Shown here piece after piece: positions 1-8,466 of a stretch of 64,000 bases of DNA. The stretch covers positions 544,001 through 608,000 of the forward strand of contig CBDBCY010000004.1 of the NCBI GenBank assembly GCA_965203555.1, in the 5' to 3' direction. Source of the stretch: Acidimicrobiia bacterium (lineage in GTDB: Bacteria > Actinomycetota > Acidimicrobiia > Spongiisociales > ZC4RG35). Under the pieces are notes generated by a model. It had not been told where the DNA came from and searched no databases. It saw nothing but the letters and a program-made list of their open reading frames with translations. Each line of letters starts with the position of its first letter. Position 1 is the first letter of the stretch. The translations under genes were made by a program, and so were the position numbers.

Positions 1-90
1 CGCCGGCCCGCTCTGTATGTGGGCCTGCTACTGCTGTTCGTGATGGGACTGGGTATTCGGGGAATCTCCACCTTCGGGGGGTCGTTTTGA
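1..90 (+). CDS. 3' end of a membrane protein (partial, runs off window)
   Basis: Frame 1 reads RRPALYVGLLLLFVMGLGIRGISTFGGSF* with TGA at 88-90; hydrophobic helix. Confidence 0.5.
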   Translation, partial: RRPALYVGLLLLFVMGLGIRGISTFGGSF

Positions 91-103
91 GTGAGGTGAT
101 GAC

Positions 104-928
104 TTGACCATGTTTTTGGAAGGCAAGAGACTGCTGATAACGGGGATACTCACCTCCGATTCGATCGCTTGGCATGTGGCGCGCCTCGCCCAAGAGCAGG
201 GAGCGGACATAGTGGCGACCGGTTTCGGAAGAGGAATCAGGATCACCCAACGTTCGGTCCGACGTCTCCCGAAGCCCTGCCCGGTATATGAACTCGACAT
301 CAACCAACCCACCCATCTGGAAGCCATCGCCGCCGATTTGCAGGACAGGTGGGACGGGTTGGACGGGGCGCTTCATGCCATCGCCTTCGCTCCCGCAGAT
401 GCCCTGGGAGGCAACTTCCTGACCGCTCCCGCCGAAAGCGCCGGAATTGCCTTCCAGACCTCGGCCTTCTCCTACAAGGCCCTGGCGGTGGGCCTACTAC
501 CTCTCTTCCAGGCCGCCGGAGGAGGATCGCTGGTCACCCTGGACTTCGACAATTCCCAGGCTTGGCCCGCCTACGACTGGATGGGGGTGGCCAAAGCAGC
601 CTTGGAAGCCGTCACCCGCTATCTGGCCCGGGACCTGGGACCCCACGGGATTCGGGTCAACGCGGTCTCCGCCGGCCCCCTCGGCACGGTGGCCGCCAAG
701 TCGATTCCCGGGTTTTCGCTCTTCCAGGAGGTGTGGAACGACCGGGCCCCGCTCCGTTGGGATGCAAAAGACCCCGATGCGGTTGCCCGGATGGTGTGCC
801 TGCTGCTTTCTGACTGGACCCCGATGACCACCGGGGAGATAGTCCACGTTGACGGCGGGTTCCATGCGGTGGCGGTGGGCGCCGGGAAGCCGTCGAGCGA
901 TCCTGGGGCGGTCGAGGAAAACGAGTGA
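104..928 (+). CDS. fabI: Enoyl-ACP reductase (FabI/InhA type)
   Basis: GKRLLITG..SIAW N-terminus, HAIAFAP, YDWMGVAKAALE, AGPL, GEIVHVDGG; ATG at 110 is the likely start. Confidence 0.95.
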   Translation: MTMFLEGKRLLITGILTSDSIAWHVARLAQEQGADIVATGFGRGIRITQRSVRRLPKPCPVYELDINQPTHLEAIAADLQDRWDGLDGALHAIAFAPADALGGNFLTAPAESAGIAFQTSAFSYKALAVGLLPLFQAAGGGSLVTLDFDNSQAWPAYDWMGVAKAALEAVTRYLARDLGPHGIRVNAVSAGPLGTVAAKSIPGFSLFQEVWNDRAPLRWDAKDPDAVARMVCLLLSDWTPMTTGEIVHVDGGFHAVAVGAGKPSSDPGAVEENE

Positions 929-1689
929 GAGCCGCGCCTCTGCGGGCGCTGGCCGACGGGGCCCTGATGGCCCGATTCTTCGGTACTTCCACCCCCAAGG
1001 TCCTGGCCCTCCACGGTTGGGGAAGGGACAGCGCCGATTTCACCAACGTCCTGGACGGTATTTCGGCGATAGCCCCCGATCTACCGGGTTTCGGTTATTC
1101 ACCTCCCCCCGGCGAGGTGTGGGGAGCGGCCGAATATGCCGACCAGTTGGTGCAACTGCTGCCGGAAATGGACCCCCCGGTGGTGGTGGTGGGGCACTCC
1201 TTCGGCGGACGGGTGGCGGTCTGCCTGGCTACCCGGTGTCCCGGCATGATATCCGGACTGGTTCTCGCGGGGGCCCCGCTGATAAGAGTTCATCAAGCGG
1301 CTCGTCCCCAACTCTCCTATCGCCTGATCCGTTGGGGCCATCGGTGGGGCCTGGTCTCCGATGAGCGCATGGAGTCCATCCGACGCCGGCGCGGATCAAG
1401 CGACTACCGGGCAGCCCGGGGAGTGATGCGTAACGTGCTGGTCAAGGTGGTGCATGAGTCCTACGAAGAGCAACTCGACGGCCTGTCCGTTCCGGTTGAC
1501 CTTATCTGGGGAGCGGACGACCGGGAAGTGCCGGTGGAAAGAGCGCGACTCGCGCAGCGCCGCCTCAGGGAAAGCGGCTGCGAAGTACGCCTGCGGACAC
1601 TCAATGGTGCAGGGCACGATCTGCCCCTTGCCAGACCGGAAGTACTCCGGGAAGCCATCCAACTGATGCTGGGAGGCGCCGGCCGGTGA
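925..1689 (+). CDS. Alpha/beta fold hydrolase
   Basis: LHGWG oxyanion motif, DLPGFG, GHSFGG nucleophile elbow, WGADD acid, GHD catalytic His. Confidence 0.9.
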   Translation: MRAAPLRALADGALMARFFGTSTPKVLALHGWGRDSADFTNVLDGISAIAPDLPGFGYSPPPGEVWGAAEYADQLVQLLPEMDPPVVVVGHSFGGRVAVCLATRCPGMISGLVLAGAPLIRVHQAARPQLSYRLIRWGHRWGLVSDERMESIRRRRGSSDYRAARGVMRNVLVKVVHESYEEQLDGLSVPVDLIWGADDREVPVERARLAQRRLRESGCEVRLRTLNGAGHDLPLARPEVLREAIQLMLGGAGR

Positions 1690-3206
1690 CGCTGTGGGGA
1701 TGGCTGGTGATTCTTGCCTGTGGAACGGCCGCAGTTCCGGCCGGTGTCCGGTGGCTGAGGATCGCTCAACGGGAACACTATCTGCCGCCGGCAGTAAGCC
1801 GGTTCTCTGTGAGGTGGTGGACCGCGGGCTACCTCAACCGCGGACTTGCCGCCGGGGCGATCATCGCGGCCGCCGGGGAATGGCGGTGGGCGGGCATCGG
1901 GTTGGTCACCGCGGTTGTCGAAGGCTGCGGGCCGGTGGGATTGGGATTGAGAGGAGTGACCGGTTCCCTGGTTTGGACCAGGCGCCTGGTCCGCGTAGCC
2001 GTGACCACCGCCGTGGTTACGGGCGGGGCGTTTGGTGCGGCGATAGCCATCGGCCGGGCCGGTGTGGCGGCAGCCGCTCTGGTTGCCATGCCGGCCGTGG
2101 TGGATGCGGCCCTGGCCGTCAACCGTCCCTTGGAAAGGGCCATGAACGAAAAGTGGGTTAGAGAGGCCGCTCGCCGGTTGCGTGAGGTAGCGCCGAGGGT
2201 AGTGGCAATCACCGGATCGTACGGGAAGACCTCCACCAAGCTCTACCTGGCTCATCTGCTGGCCGGAAGCAAACGGGTGATGGCGAGTCCCGCCAGCTTC
2301 AACAACCGGATGGGGCTGGCCAGGGCTATCAACGAGCGGCTGACTCCAGGAACAGAGATATTCGTGGCGGAGATGGGGACCTATGGACCTGGTGAGATCG
2401 CCGAACTGTGCAGGTGGATACCCCCCGAGGTGGCGGTGATCACCGCCATCGGACCCGTCCACCTGGAACGGATGCGTACCGAAGATCGCATCCTGGCCTG
2501 CAAGAGCGAGATACTCACCGCGGGCGCCACCGCGGTGTTGGGAGTGGATCATCCCGGACTCTCCGGGCTGGCTGAGAGCGAGGCCCGGAGCGGCCGGCGG
2601 GTGATAACGTGCTCGGGCCGGGAAGCGGACGGCCAGGTGTCGGTGAATCCGCACAGCGGAGAAGTGCGTGTGCAGGGGAGGTTGATAGGAAAAATCGACC
2701 TCAGATTCCATCATCCCCTGAACGTGGGCGCTGCGCTGGGAGCAGTCCTGGCGCTGGGTGTAGACCCCAGCGAGGTGGCCGACCTTCTGGGAACTCTCCC
2801 CTCCCCGGAGCACCGGTTGGCAACCATGGTCAACGAGCGGGGGGTGATAGTAATCGATGACACGTTCAACGCCAATCCGGCCGGCGCCCGAGCCGCCCTG
2901 CGCCGATTGACGGAGCACTCGTCGCCAGGAGGCAGGCGGGTGGTGGTAACCCCCGGATTGGTGGAGATGGGACCGCGCCGCCGGATCGAGAACCGGGAGT
3001 TGGGTAAGGCAGCCAGCGAGGTGGCCACCCATCTGCTGGTGGTGGGACGAACCAACCGACGGTATCTGTTGGCGGGTGCCACGGAAGGGAAGGCTTCGGT
3101 GTTAGTGTTGGAGAATCGACAGCAAGCGGTTCGCTGGGCGCGGGCCAACCTCGACCGGGGCGACACGATCCTCTATGAAAACGACCTCCCCGACCACTAT
3201 CCATAA
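1686..3206 (+). CDS. murF: MurF-family Mur ligase with N-terminal membrane segments
   Basis: ITGSYGKTSTK P-loop, SFNNRMG, AEMG, DDTFNANP, C-terminal YENDLPDHY; hydrophobic first ~140 aa. Confidence 0.85.
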   Translation: MTLWGWLVILACGTAAVPAGVRWLRIAQREHYLPPAVSRFSVRWWTAGYLNRGLAAGAIIAAAGEWRWAGIGLVTAVVEGCGPVGLGLRGVTGSLVWTRRLVRVAVTTAVVTGGAFGAAIAIGRAGVAAAALVAMPAVVDAALAVNRPLERAMNEKWVREAARRLREVAPRVVAITGSYGKTSTKLYLAHLLAGSKRVMASPASFNNRMGLARAINERLTPGTEIFVAEMGTYGPGEIAELCRWIPPEVAVITAIGPVHLERMRTEDRILACKSEILTAGATAVLGVDHPGLSGLAESEARSGRRVITCSGREADGQVSVNPHSGEVRVQGRLIGKIDLRFHHPLNVGAALGAVLALGVDPSEVADLLGTLPSPEHRLATMVNERGVIVIDDTFNANPAGARAALRRLTEHSSPGGRRVVVTPGLVEMGPRRRIENRELGKAASEVATHLLVVGRTNRRYLLAGATEGKASVLVLENRQQAVRWARANLDRGDTILYENDLPDHYP

Positions 3207-3233
3207 TCTGCCTCCTGCAATGGAGAGCGGGGC

Positions 3234-4304
3234 ATGACCAGGATTGCCACGGTCTTTGGAGGCCCTTCTCCCGAACACGACGTCAGCGTCTCCACCGGAC
3301 TCCAGGCTCTTCGCGTACTTCCGGAATCGGACTCTCTCTACTGGTCCATAACGGGAGATTGGTATCTGACCCAGCCCAACCTGGAACTCTCCGACTTCGC
3401 AGACGGAGTTCCAAAAAGGTCGCGACGGCTGGATCTGCTGGTTGGTCCCTCCGGGGGATACCGAGTCGGCCGAAAGCAACTCAAGTACGACGTGCTGGTC
3501 AACTGCTTCCACGGAGGACCGGGTGAAGACGGGACCGTTCAGGGGATCTGGGACATGGCAGGTCTTCGCTACACCGGACCGGGCACGGCCGCCTCAAGTC
3601 TGGGAATGGACAAACTGATCTTTTCGGCGGCCGTCCGTACGGCAGGAATGTCCACGGTGGAAAGACACCTGATTACCACTCGGTTTACCCCCAGCTTCGA
3701 TCCACCTTACATAGTCAAGCCCCGCAGCGGGGGTTCTTCCATCGGGATAGCCGTGGTGGACGACTACCAGACCGCCCTTGCCCTTTCCCGCTCCTCTCCC
3801 CATCTGGTCGACGGAGCAGTAATCGAGCCTTATCTGGACGGAGCAAGAGACCTCCAGGTTGCAGTGCGCCGCCATCCCGATTTGGAACTGTCTGCTATCG
3901 AAGAACCCACGCGATCTGACAGCCGGGGGATCCTGACCTACCGTGAAAAATATCTGGCGTGGGCGAATTCCCAGGCTGTGGCCCGCCAGCTTCCCGCCGA
4001 GGTCGAAAGCCGACTGGAAGCCCAAATCCGAGAAGAGGCCGTGGCTGTGGCGGAACTGGTGGGAATCAGGGGAATCTCCCGGGTCGACTTCCTGGCTCAC
4101 GATGGGAACCTCCACGTCAACGAGATCAACACCCTCCCCGGCAGCCTGGCGGCGTACCTGTGGATAGACCCCCCTCGAACCAGGGAACGTCTGCTGCGAG
4201 ACATGGTCTCGGAAGCCCTTGCCAACCCACGGATCTTCAACACCGCCGGCGCGGACGGGACAGCCTTGCGGGGCGGCGGAATGATCGCCGCCAAACTCGC
4301 ATAG
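3234..4304 (+). CDS. ddl: D-alanine--D-alanine ligase
   Basis: FGGPSPEHDVS, HGGPGEDG, MDK, KPRSGGSSIG, YREKY, RVDF, NEINTLPGS. Confidence 0.92.
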   Translation: MTRIATVFGGPSPEHDVSVSTGLQALRVLPESDSLYWSITGDWYLTQPNLELSDFADGVPKRSRRLDLLVGPSGGYRVGRKQLKYDVLVNCFHGGPGEDGTVQGIWDMAGLRYTGPGTAASSLGMDKLIFSAAVRTAGMSTVERHLITTRFTPSFDPPYIVKPRSGGSSIGIAVVDDYQTALALSRSSPHLVDGAVIEPYLDGARDLQVAVRRHPDLELSAIEEPTRSDSRGILTYREKYLAWANSQAVARQLPAEVESRLEAQIREEAVAVAELVGIRGISRVDFLAHDGNLHVNEINTLPGSLAAYLWIDPPRTRERLLRDMVSEALANPRIFNTAGADGTALRGGGMIAAKLA

Positions 4305-4400
4305 ACGACGCCTGTAAGAGTATCTTCGCTTCCATAAGAAAAGGCGACCCCGGAGAGTTCGAGGTCGCCTTTATACCTGGATCTTGCTGGAGCTTGTTGA

Positions 4401-5807
4401 TCAGTCCTCGTCGCCGAACTCTTCGGGAACCAGCAGGAACTCGGGATAGGACTCGATACCCAGTTCTCCGGCGTCTTGGCCCAGCCTCTCAATGTCAGGC
4501 TCGACCCTCAGACCCATGGTCATGTCCAGGATCTTCCAGACGATGAACGAGGCGATGAACACGAACAACCCCACCGCCACGATGCCCAGGAGTTGGACTC
4601 CAAACGGGGCGCCTCCGGTAATGCCGACCACCAGGGTTCCCCAGATGCCGCACATCAAGTGAGCGGGAATCGCGCCAACCACATCATCGACCTTCCAGAC
4701 CTCCAAGAACTTGATCCCGGCAACCACGATCAATCCGCCCACCGCGCCGATGAGGATCGACCAGTAGTGGTCAACCAGGTCCGGCCCGGCGGTTATGGCC
4801 ACCAGCCCGGCTATGGCGCCGTTCAAGCCCGCGAAGAGATCGATCCGTCCCAGCAGAGGCCGCGATACGAACAACGCCATCACCACCCCGGCGGCCGCCG
4901 CCAGGTTGGTATTGACCAGGACATTGCTCATCGCCACCGCGTCCAGCGCACTTCCGAGAGCCAACTGGGAACCACCGTTGAATCCGAACCAGCCCAGCCA
5001 GAGTACGAAGACGCCCAGAGTCACCATCAGGACATTCGAGGGAGGCGTGGCCTTGATGCTTCCATCTTTGCGGAACTTGCCAAGACGCGGGCCGATTAAC
5101 AGTACGCCGGCCAAAGCCGCCCATCCACCGGTGCCGTGGACGATGGTAGAACCGGCAAAATCGCTGAACCCCATCTCGGCGAGCCAACCGCCGCCCCAGG
5201 TCCAGGCGCCGACGATTGGATAGATAACGGCTGTCAGGACCAACACGAAGACGAAGAAGGTCCACATCTTGATCCGCTCCGCGATGGCGCCGGACACAAT
5301 GGATGCCGCCGTGGCCACGAACACCATCTGGAAGAACCAGTCCGACATGACTGCGTACCCGTTTGAGACCACGTCCGCCAGGACATCCGTCGCACCATCC
5401 AGTAGTGCGACCTCACTGGCCGACGACGAGTAGAACAGTTGGAAGGACCCGATAACGTTCCCCACATCTACGTACATAAGGTTGTAGCCGATTGCGAAAT
5501 AAGCCAGACCGGCAATCGAATAGATGCCGATGTTCTTGAGACAGATCATGGAAGAGTTCTTGCTGCGTACGGCCCCAGCCTCAAGCATGGTGAATCCGGC
5601 GGCCATCCACATCACCAGCGCACCCCAGATGAGGAAGGCAAAGGTGTTGAACACAAACTGTGACTCTCCAGTTATCGCCAACTCCTGCGCTTTGGCCAGA
5701 CCGGGCCTCAGGAGAACGAACCCGAATACCAGAAGGGCAATCACACCTGCGACCAGGTATGGCCTTCTCTTCTCAAGTCCCAAAGATTTGCTGTGAGCAA
5801 GGTTCAT
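4401..5807 (-). CDS. amtB: Ammonium transporter (Amt family)
   Basis: WFFQMVF, DFAGSTIVH, WLGWFGFNGGS, DDVVGAIPAH; start at ATG 5807 after AGGAGG. Confidence 0.95.
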   Translation of the reverse strand: MNLAHSKSLGLEKRRPYLVAGVIALLVFGFVLLRPGLAKAQELAITGESQFVFNTFAFLIWGALVMWMAAGFTMLEAGAVRSKNSSMICLKNIGIYSIAGLAYFAIGYNLMYVDVGNVIGSFQLFYSSSASEVALLDGATDVLADVVSNGYAVMSDWFFQMVFVATAASIVSGAIAERIKMWTFFVFVLVLTAVIYPIVGAWTWGGGWLAEMGFSDFAGSTIVHGTGGWAALAGVLLIGPRLGKFRKDGSIKATPPSNVLMVTLGVFVLWLGWFGFNGGSQLALGSALDAVAMSNVLVNTNLAAAAGVVMALFVSRPLLGRIDLFAGLNGAIAGLVAITAGPDLVDHYWSILIGAVGGLIVVAGIKFLEVWKVDDVVGAIPAHLMCGIWGTLVVGITGGAPFGVQLLGIVAVGLFVFIASFIVWKILDMTMGLRVEPDIERLGQDAGELGIESYPEFLLVPEEFGDED

Positions 5808-6031
5808 CGAAAGTCCTCCTGGTCGCCGATTCAGCCCCTGTGGTTCCATTACCCTGGTTGGGCCCGCTTTCGGCAATTCAGGCTACCAGATAGGACAGTT
5901 CAAGCCGGGTAAACAATAGGGCTTTGATAGTAATCCTTAGTTTTCATTTCCCATTGGGAGCAGGAGTGGCGGATCTTCCATTGGCCGAAAATGCGAGGAT
6001 CCACGGTCCCTTCGGGATTAGAGTGGTGACA

Positions 6032-6856
6032 ATGGGTCGATTAGCTAACTCCATTGCTCTGGCCAAGGCGTCCTGGCAGGTTCTCAAGGCCGATAAGGAA
6101 CTGTTGCTTCTGCCGATCATCTCGATGGCCGCCACCGCCATAGCCCTTGCTTTGTTCTTCATTCCGATCATGATCGGGGGTTTCGACGGCACGAGCTTCT
6201 TGCTTTTGGTGGCGATGTACTTCGTCCTCGCCTACATCACGATCTTCTTCAACGCTGCTCTGGTCAGCGCCGCCCACGAACGTCTGCAAGGAGGAGACCC
6301 CACCGTGGGCAGCGCGTTGAGAGGCGCCGCGCAGCGCGCAGGACGGATACTGCCCTGGGCCCTCATCTCGGCGGTGGTGTCGGCGATTCTGAAGGCCATT
6401 GAGGAACGTGCAGGGTTTTTGGGCAGCATCGTGATCAGTATGGTGGGCATGGCATGGAGCGTGGTCACATTCTTGGTGTTACCCATCATCGTGATCGAGG
6501 GAAAGGGCGCCGTGGAGGCGATCAAAAGCTCGGTCAGCCTATTTCGTAGAACCTGGGGCGAGAATCTTGGTGCACAGGTAGGCCTGGGCCTGGTCGGCTT
6601 TCTGGCTTCTCTCCCCGGTGCGGCGTTGATAGTTCTGGGAGTGGTCTCCGGTGGCGGAGCAGCAACCGCGGCGGCGATCGGCCTCGGCGCCTTGTGGATG
6701 CTGGTGGTGATCGTTGTCATGTCAGCGCTATCGGGAATTTTCCAGACGGCTCTCTACCACTTCGCCGTCGACCGCCAAGCTCCCCAGGGGTACTTCGACA
6801 ACCGGATCATGAGCGAGGCGTTCCGTACCAAGCGTGGTCGTCGATTCGGAATGTAA
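6032..6856 (+). CDS. Multi-pass membrane protein (DUF6159-like)
   Basis: MGRLANSIALAKASWQVLKADKELL start, FFNAALV, RRTWGE, IFQTALY; several TM helices. Confidence 0.75.
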   Translation: MGRLANSIALAKASWQVLKADKELLLLPIISMAATAIALALFFIPIMIGGFDGTSFLLLVAMYFVLAYITIFFNAALVSAAHERLQGGDPTVGSALRGAAQRAGRILPWALISAVVSAILKAIEERAGFLGSIVISMVGMAWSVVTFLVLPIIVIEGKGAVEAIKSSVSLFRRTWGENLGAQVGLGLVGFLASLPGAALIVLGVVSGGGAATAAAIGLGALWMLVVIVVMSALSGIFQTALYHFAVDRQAPQGYFDNRIMSEAFRTKRGRRFGM

Positions 6857-6877
6857 GTCCGGAAGATTCCAACCTTT

Positions 6878-7465
6878 TCATCTCCGGGGAGATCGGTAAT
6901 CCGTCCCGGTTGTGATTAGCCTCCACCGCCGCTCGGTGGCCTTGCTGATTCCCACCCTCGGCGTGCTTCTCCATTCCGGAGTCGCCACACCGGAGTCCTC
7001 AAGCCATACCTCCGAACTCTCCCACAACACCAGCCCGTCATGGCGACCTGTCAAACCAAGCGCCTGGGTCAGCTTGCCGGGTCCGTCACACAGATGATCT
7101 TCCCGGCCCCGGCGGGCGATCATGGTTTGCAATCCCCGCTCCGGCACACCACCCCGCAGCAGCACCGCCTGGCCTTCGCCTTCCGGTCCGGTGACCACAT
7201 TGGCGCACCAGTGGACTCCATACGACCGGTACACGTAGAGGGCGCCAGCCCGCGAGAACATGGTGCGGTTTCTACGCCTGGGTCCCACAAATGCGTGACT
7301 GGCGGGATCGTCGGCCCCGCCGTACGCCTCCACCTCGCAGATCAGCACCGAGGTTGTCACCTCCTCGATCCTGGTAACCAGCCTCTTGCCCAAAAGCCTC
7401 TCTGCTACTCCGAGCACCGTTCCGGTGAAATCATCAGTGACCAGACAGCGGGACCCCTTTCCCAT
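6878..7465 (-). CDS. mpg: DNA-3-methyladenine glycosylase (MPG/AAG type)
   Basis: EVEAYGG.DDPASH, YVYRSYGVHWC.NVV, GPGKLTQAL, PRVGIS. Confidence 0.93.
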   Translation of the reverse strand: MGKGSRCLVTDDFTGTVLGVAERLLGKRLVTRIEEVTTSVLICEVEAYGGADDPASHAFVGPRRRNRTMFSRAGALYVYRSYGVHWCANVVTGPEGEGQAVLLRGGVPERGLQTMIARRGREDHLCDGPGKLTQALGLTGRHDGLVLWESSEVWLEDSGVATPEWRSTPRVGISKATERRWRLITTGTDYRSPRR

Positions 7466-7551
7466 CGAAGTTCAGGCGTTCCTGGATTGCGCACCGGCCT
7501 TGCAATCCCTGTTACGCCAGGAGCAGACTGCAATGTCCCCCGGTCGATCCT

Positions 7552-8466
7552 TCACTCTCGGGGAATCCACGGCGTCTGGGACAAAAGGTCCAGGAGCAAC
7601 GCCGCGAACGAATGCAAACGGTTTTCGGCTTGGTCGAACACCACAGAGCGGGGCGACTCCAACACCTCGGCGGTCACCTCCTCGCCCCGATGGGCAGGCA
7701 GACAATGCATGAACACCCCGTCGGGGTCGGCCCGTTCCATCAACTCGGAGTCAACGGTGTAATCCGCAAAGGCGGCCAAGCGATGCTGAGCCTCTTCCTC
7801 CTGGCCCATGGAAGTCCATACATCGGTGTAGACCGCGTGAGCCCCTTCCACCGCCGGGACGGGATGATCGAAAATCGAGACCCTGCCCCACTGGCGGGCC
7901 CGTGCCACCACACTCGAATCGGGCCTGTAGCCGGGGGGACACCCGACCCGCACCTCCATCCCCACCATGGTTCCGGCCAGCATCAGAGAGTGGCAGACGT
8001 TGTTTCCATCCCCCACATAGGCGAGTCTGGCGCCGCGCAGAGGACGCCTCTCGGCAATGGTCATCAGATCGGCCACCGCCTGACAGGGGTGTTCCCAATC
8101 CGACAGCAGGTTGATCACTGGCGCATTCATGAATCTTGACATCTCTTCCAGCAGAGAATGCTCAAAGACCCGCATCCCCATAGCGTCGAGATAGCGGTCG
8201 AGCACCCGGGCGACGTCCGACACCTCTTCCCTCTGGCCCACCCCCGAGACATCCTGGCGTATGACTATGGGGTGGGCGCCCAAGAGAGCCGTGGCGGCGG
8301 TGGATGACACCCAGGTCCTCAAGGAAGGCTTCTGAAAGAACATACCCACCGTTTTTCCCGACAGTGCCCGGCGGTACCGCCCGGGGTTTCGCTTGAAGTC
8401 CAAGGCGGTTTCCACTAGACGGGCCAATCCCTCGGGTCCCCGATCCGCTACCGAGAGAAAACTCAC
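7552..8466 (-). CDS. argF: Ornithine carbamoyltransferase
   Basis: SLRT, HPCQ, GDGNNV, DVWTSMG, HCLPAHRG, DQAENRLH. Confidence 0.93.
   Translation of the reverse strand: MSFLSVADRGPEGLARLVETALDFKRNPGRYRRALSGKTVGMFFQKPSLRTWVSSTAATALLGAHPIVIRQDVSGVGQREEVSDVARVLDRYLDAMGMRVFEHSLLEEMSRFMNAPVINLLSDWEHPCQAVADLMTIAERRPLRGARLAYVGDGNNVCHSLMLAGTMVGMEVRVGCPPGYRPDSSVVARARQWGRVSIFDHPVPAVEGAHAVYTDVWTSMGQEEEAQHRLAAFADYTVDSELMERADPDGVFMHCLPAHRGEEVTAEVLESPRSVVFDQAENRLHSFAALLLDLLSQTPWIPRE

Noticed and set aside
5898-5914. Possible GlnR box upstream of amt
   Set aside because: The match to GTNAC-n6-GAAAC is too weak.
7552-8466. N-acetyl/succinyl-ornithine transcarbamylase because of the SLRT motif
   Set aside because: The DVWTSMG ornithine-binding loop is present, as in ordinary OTCase.
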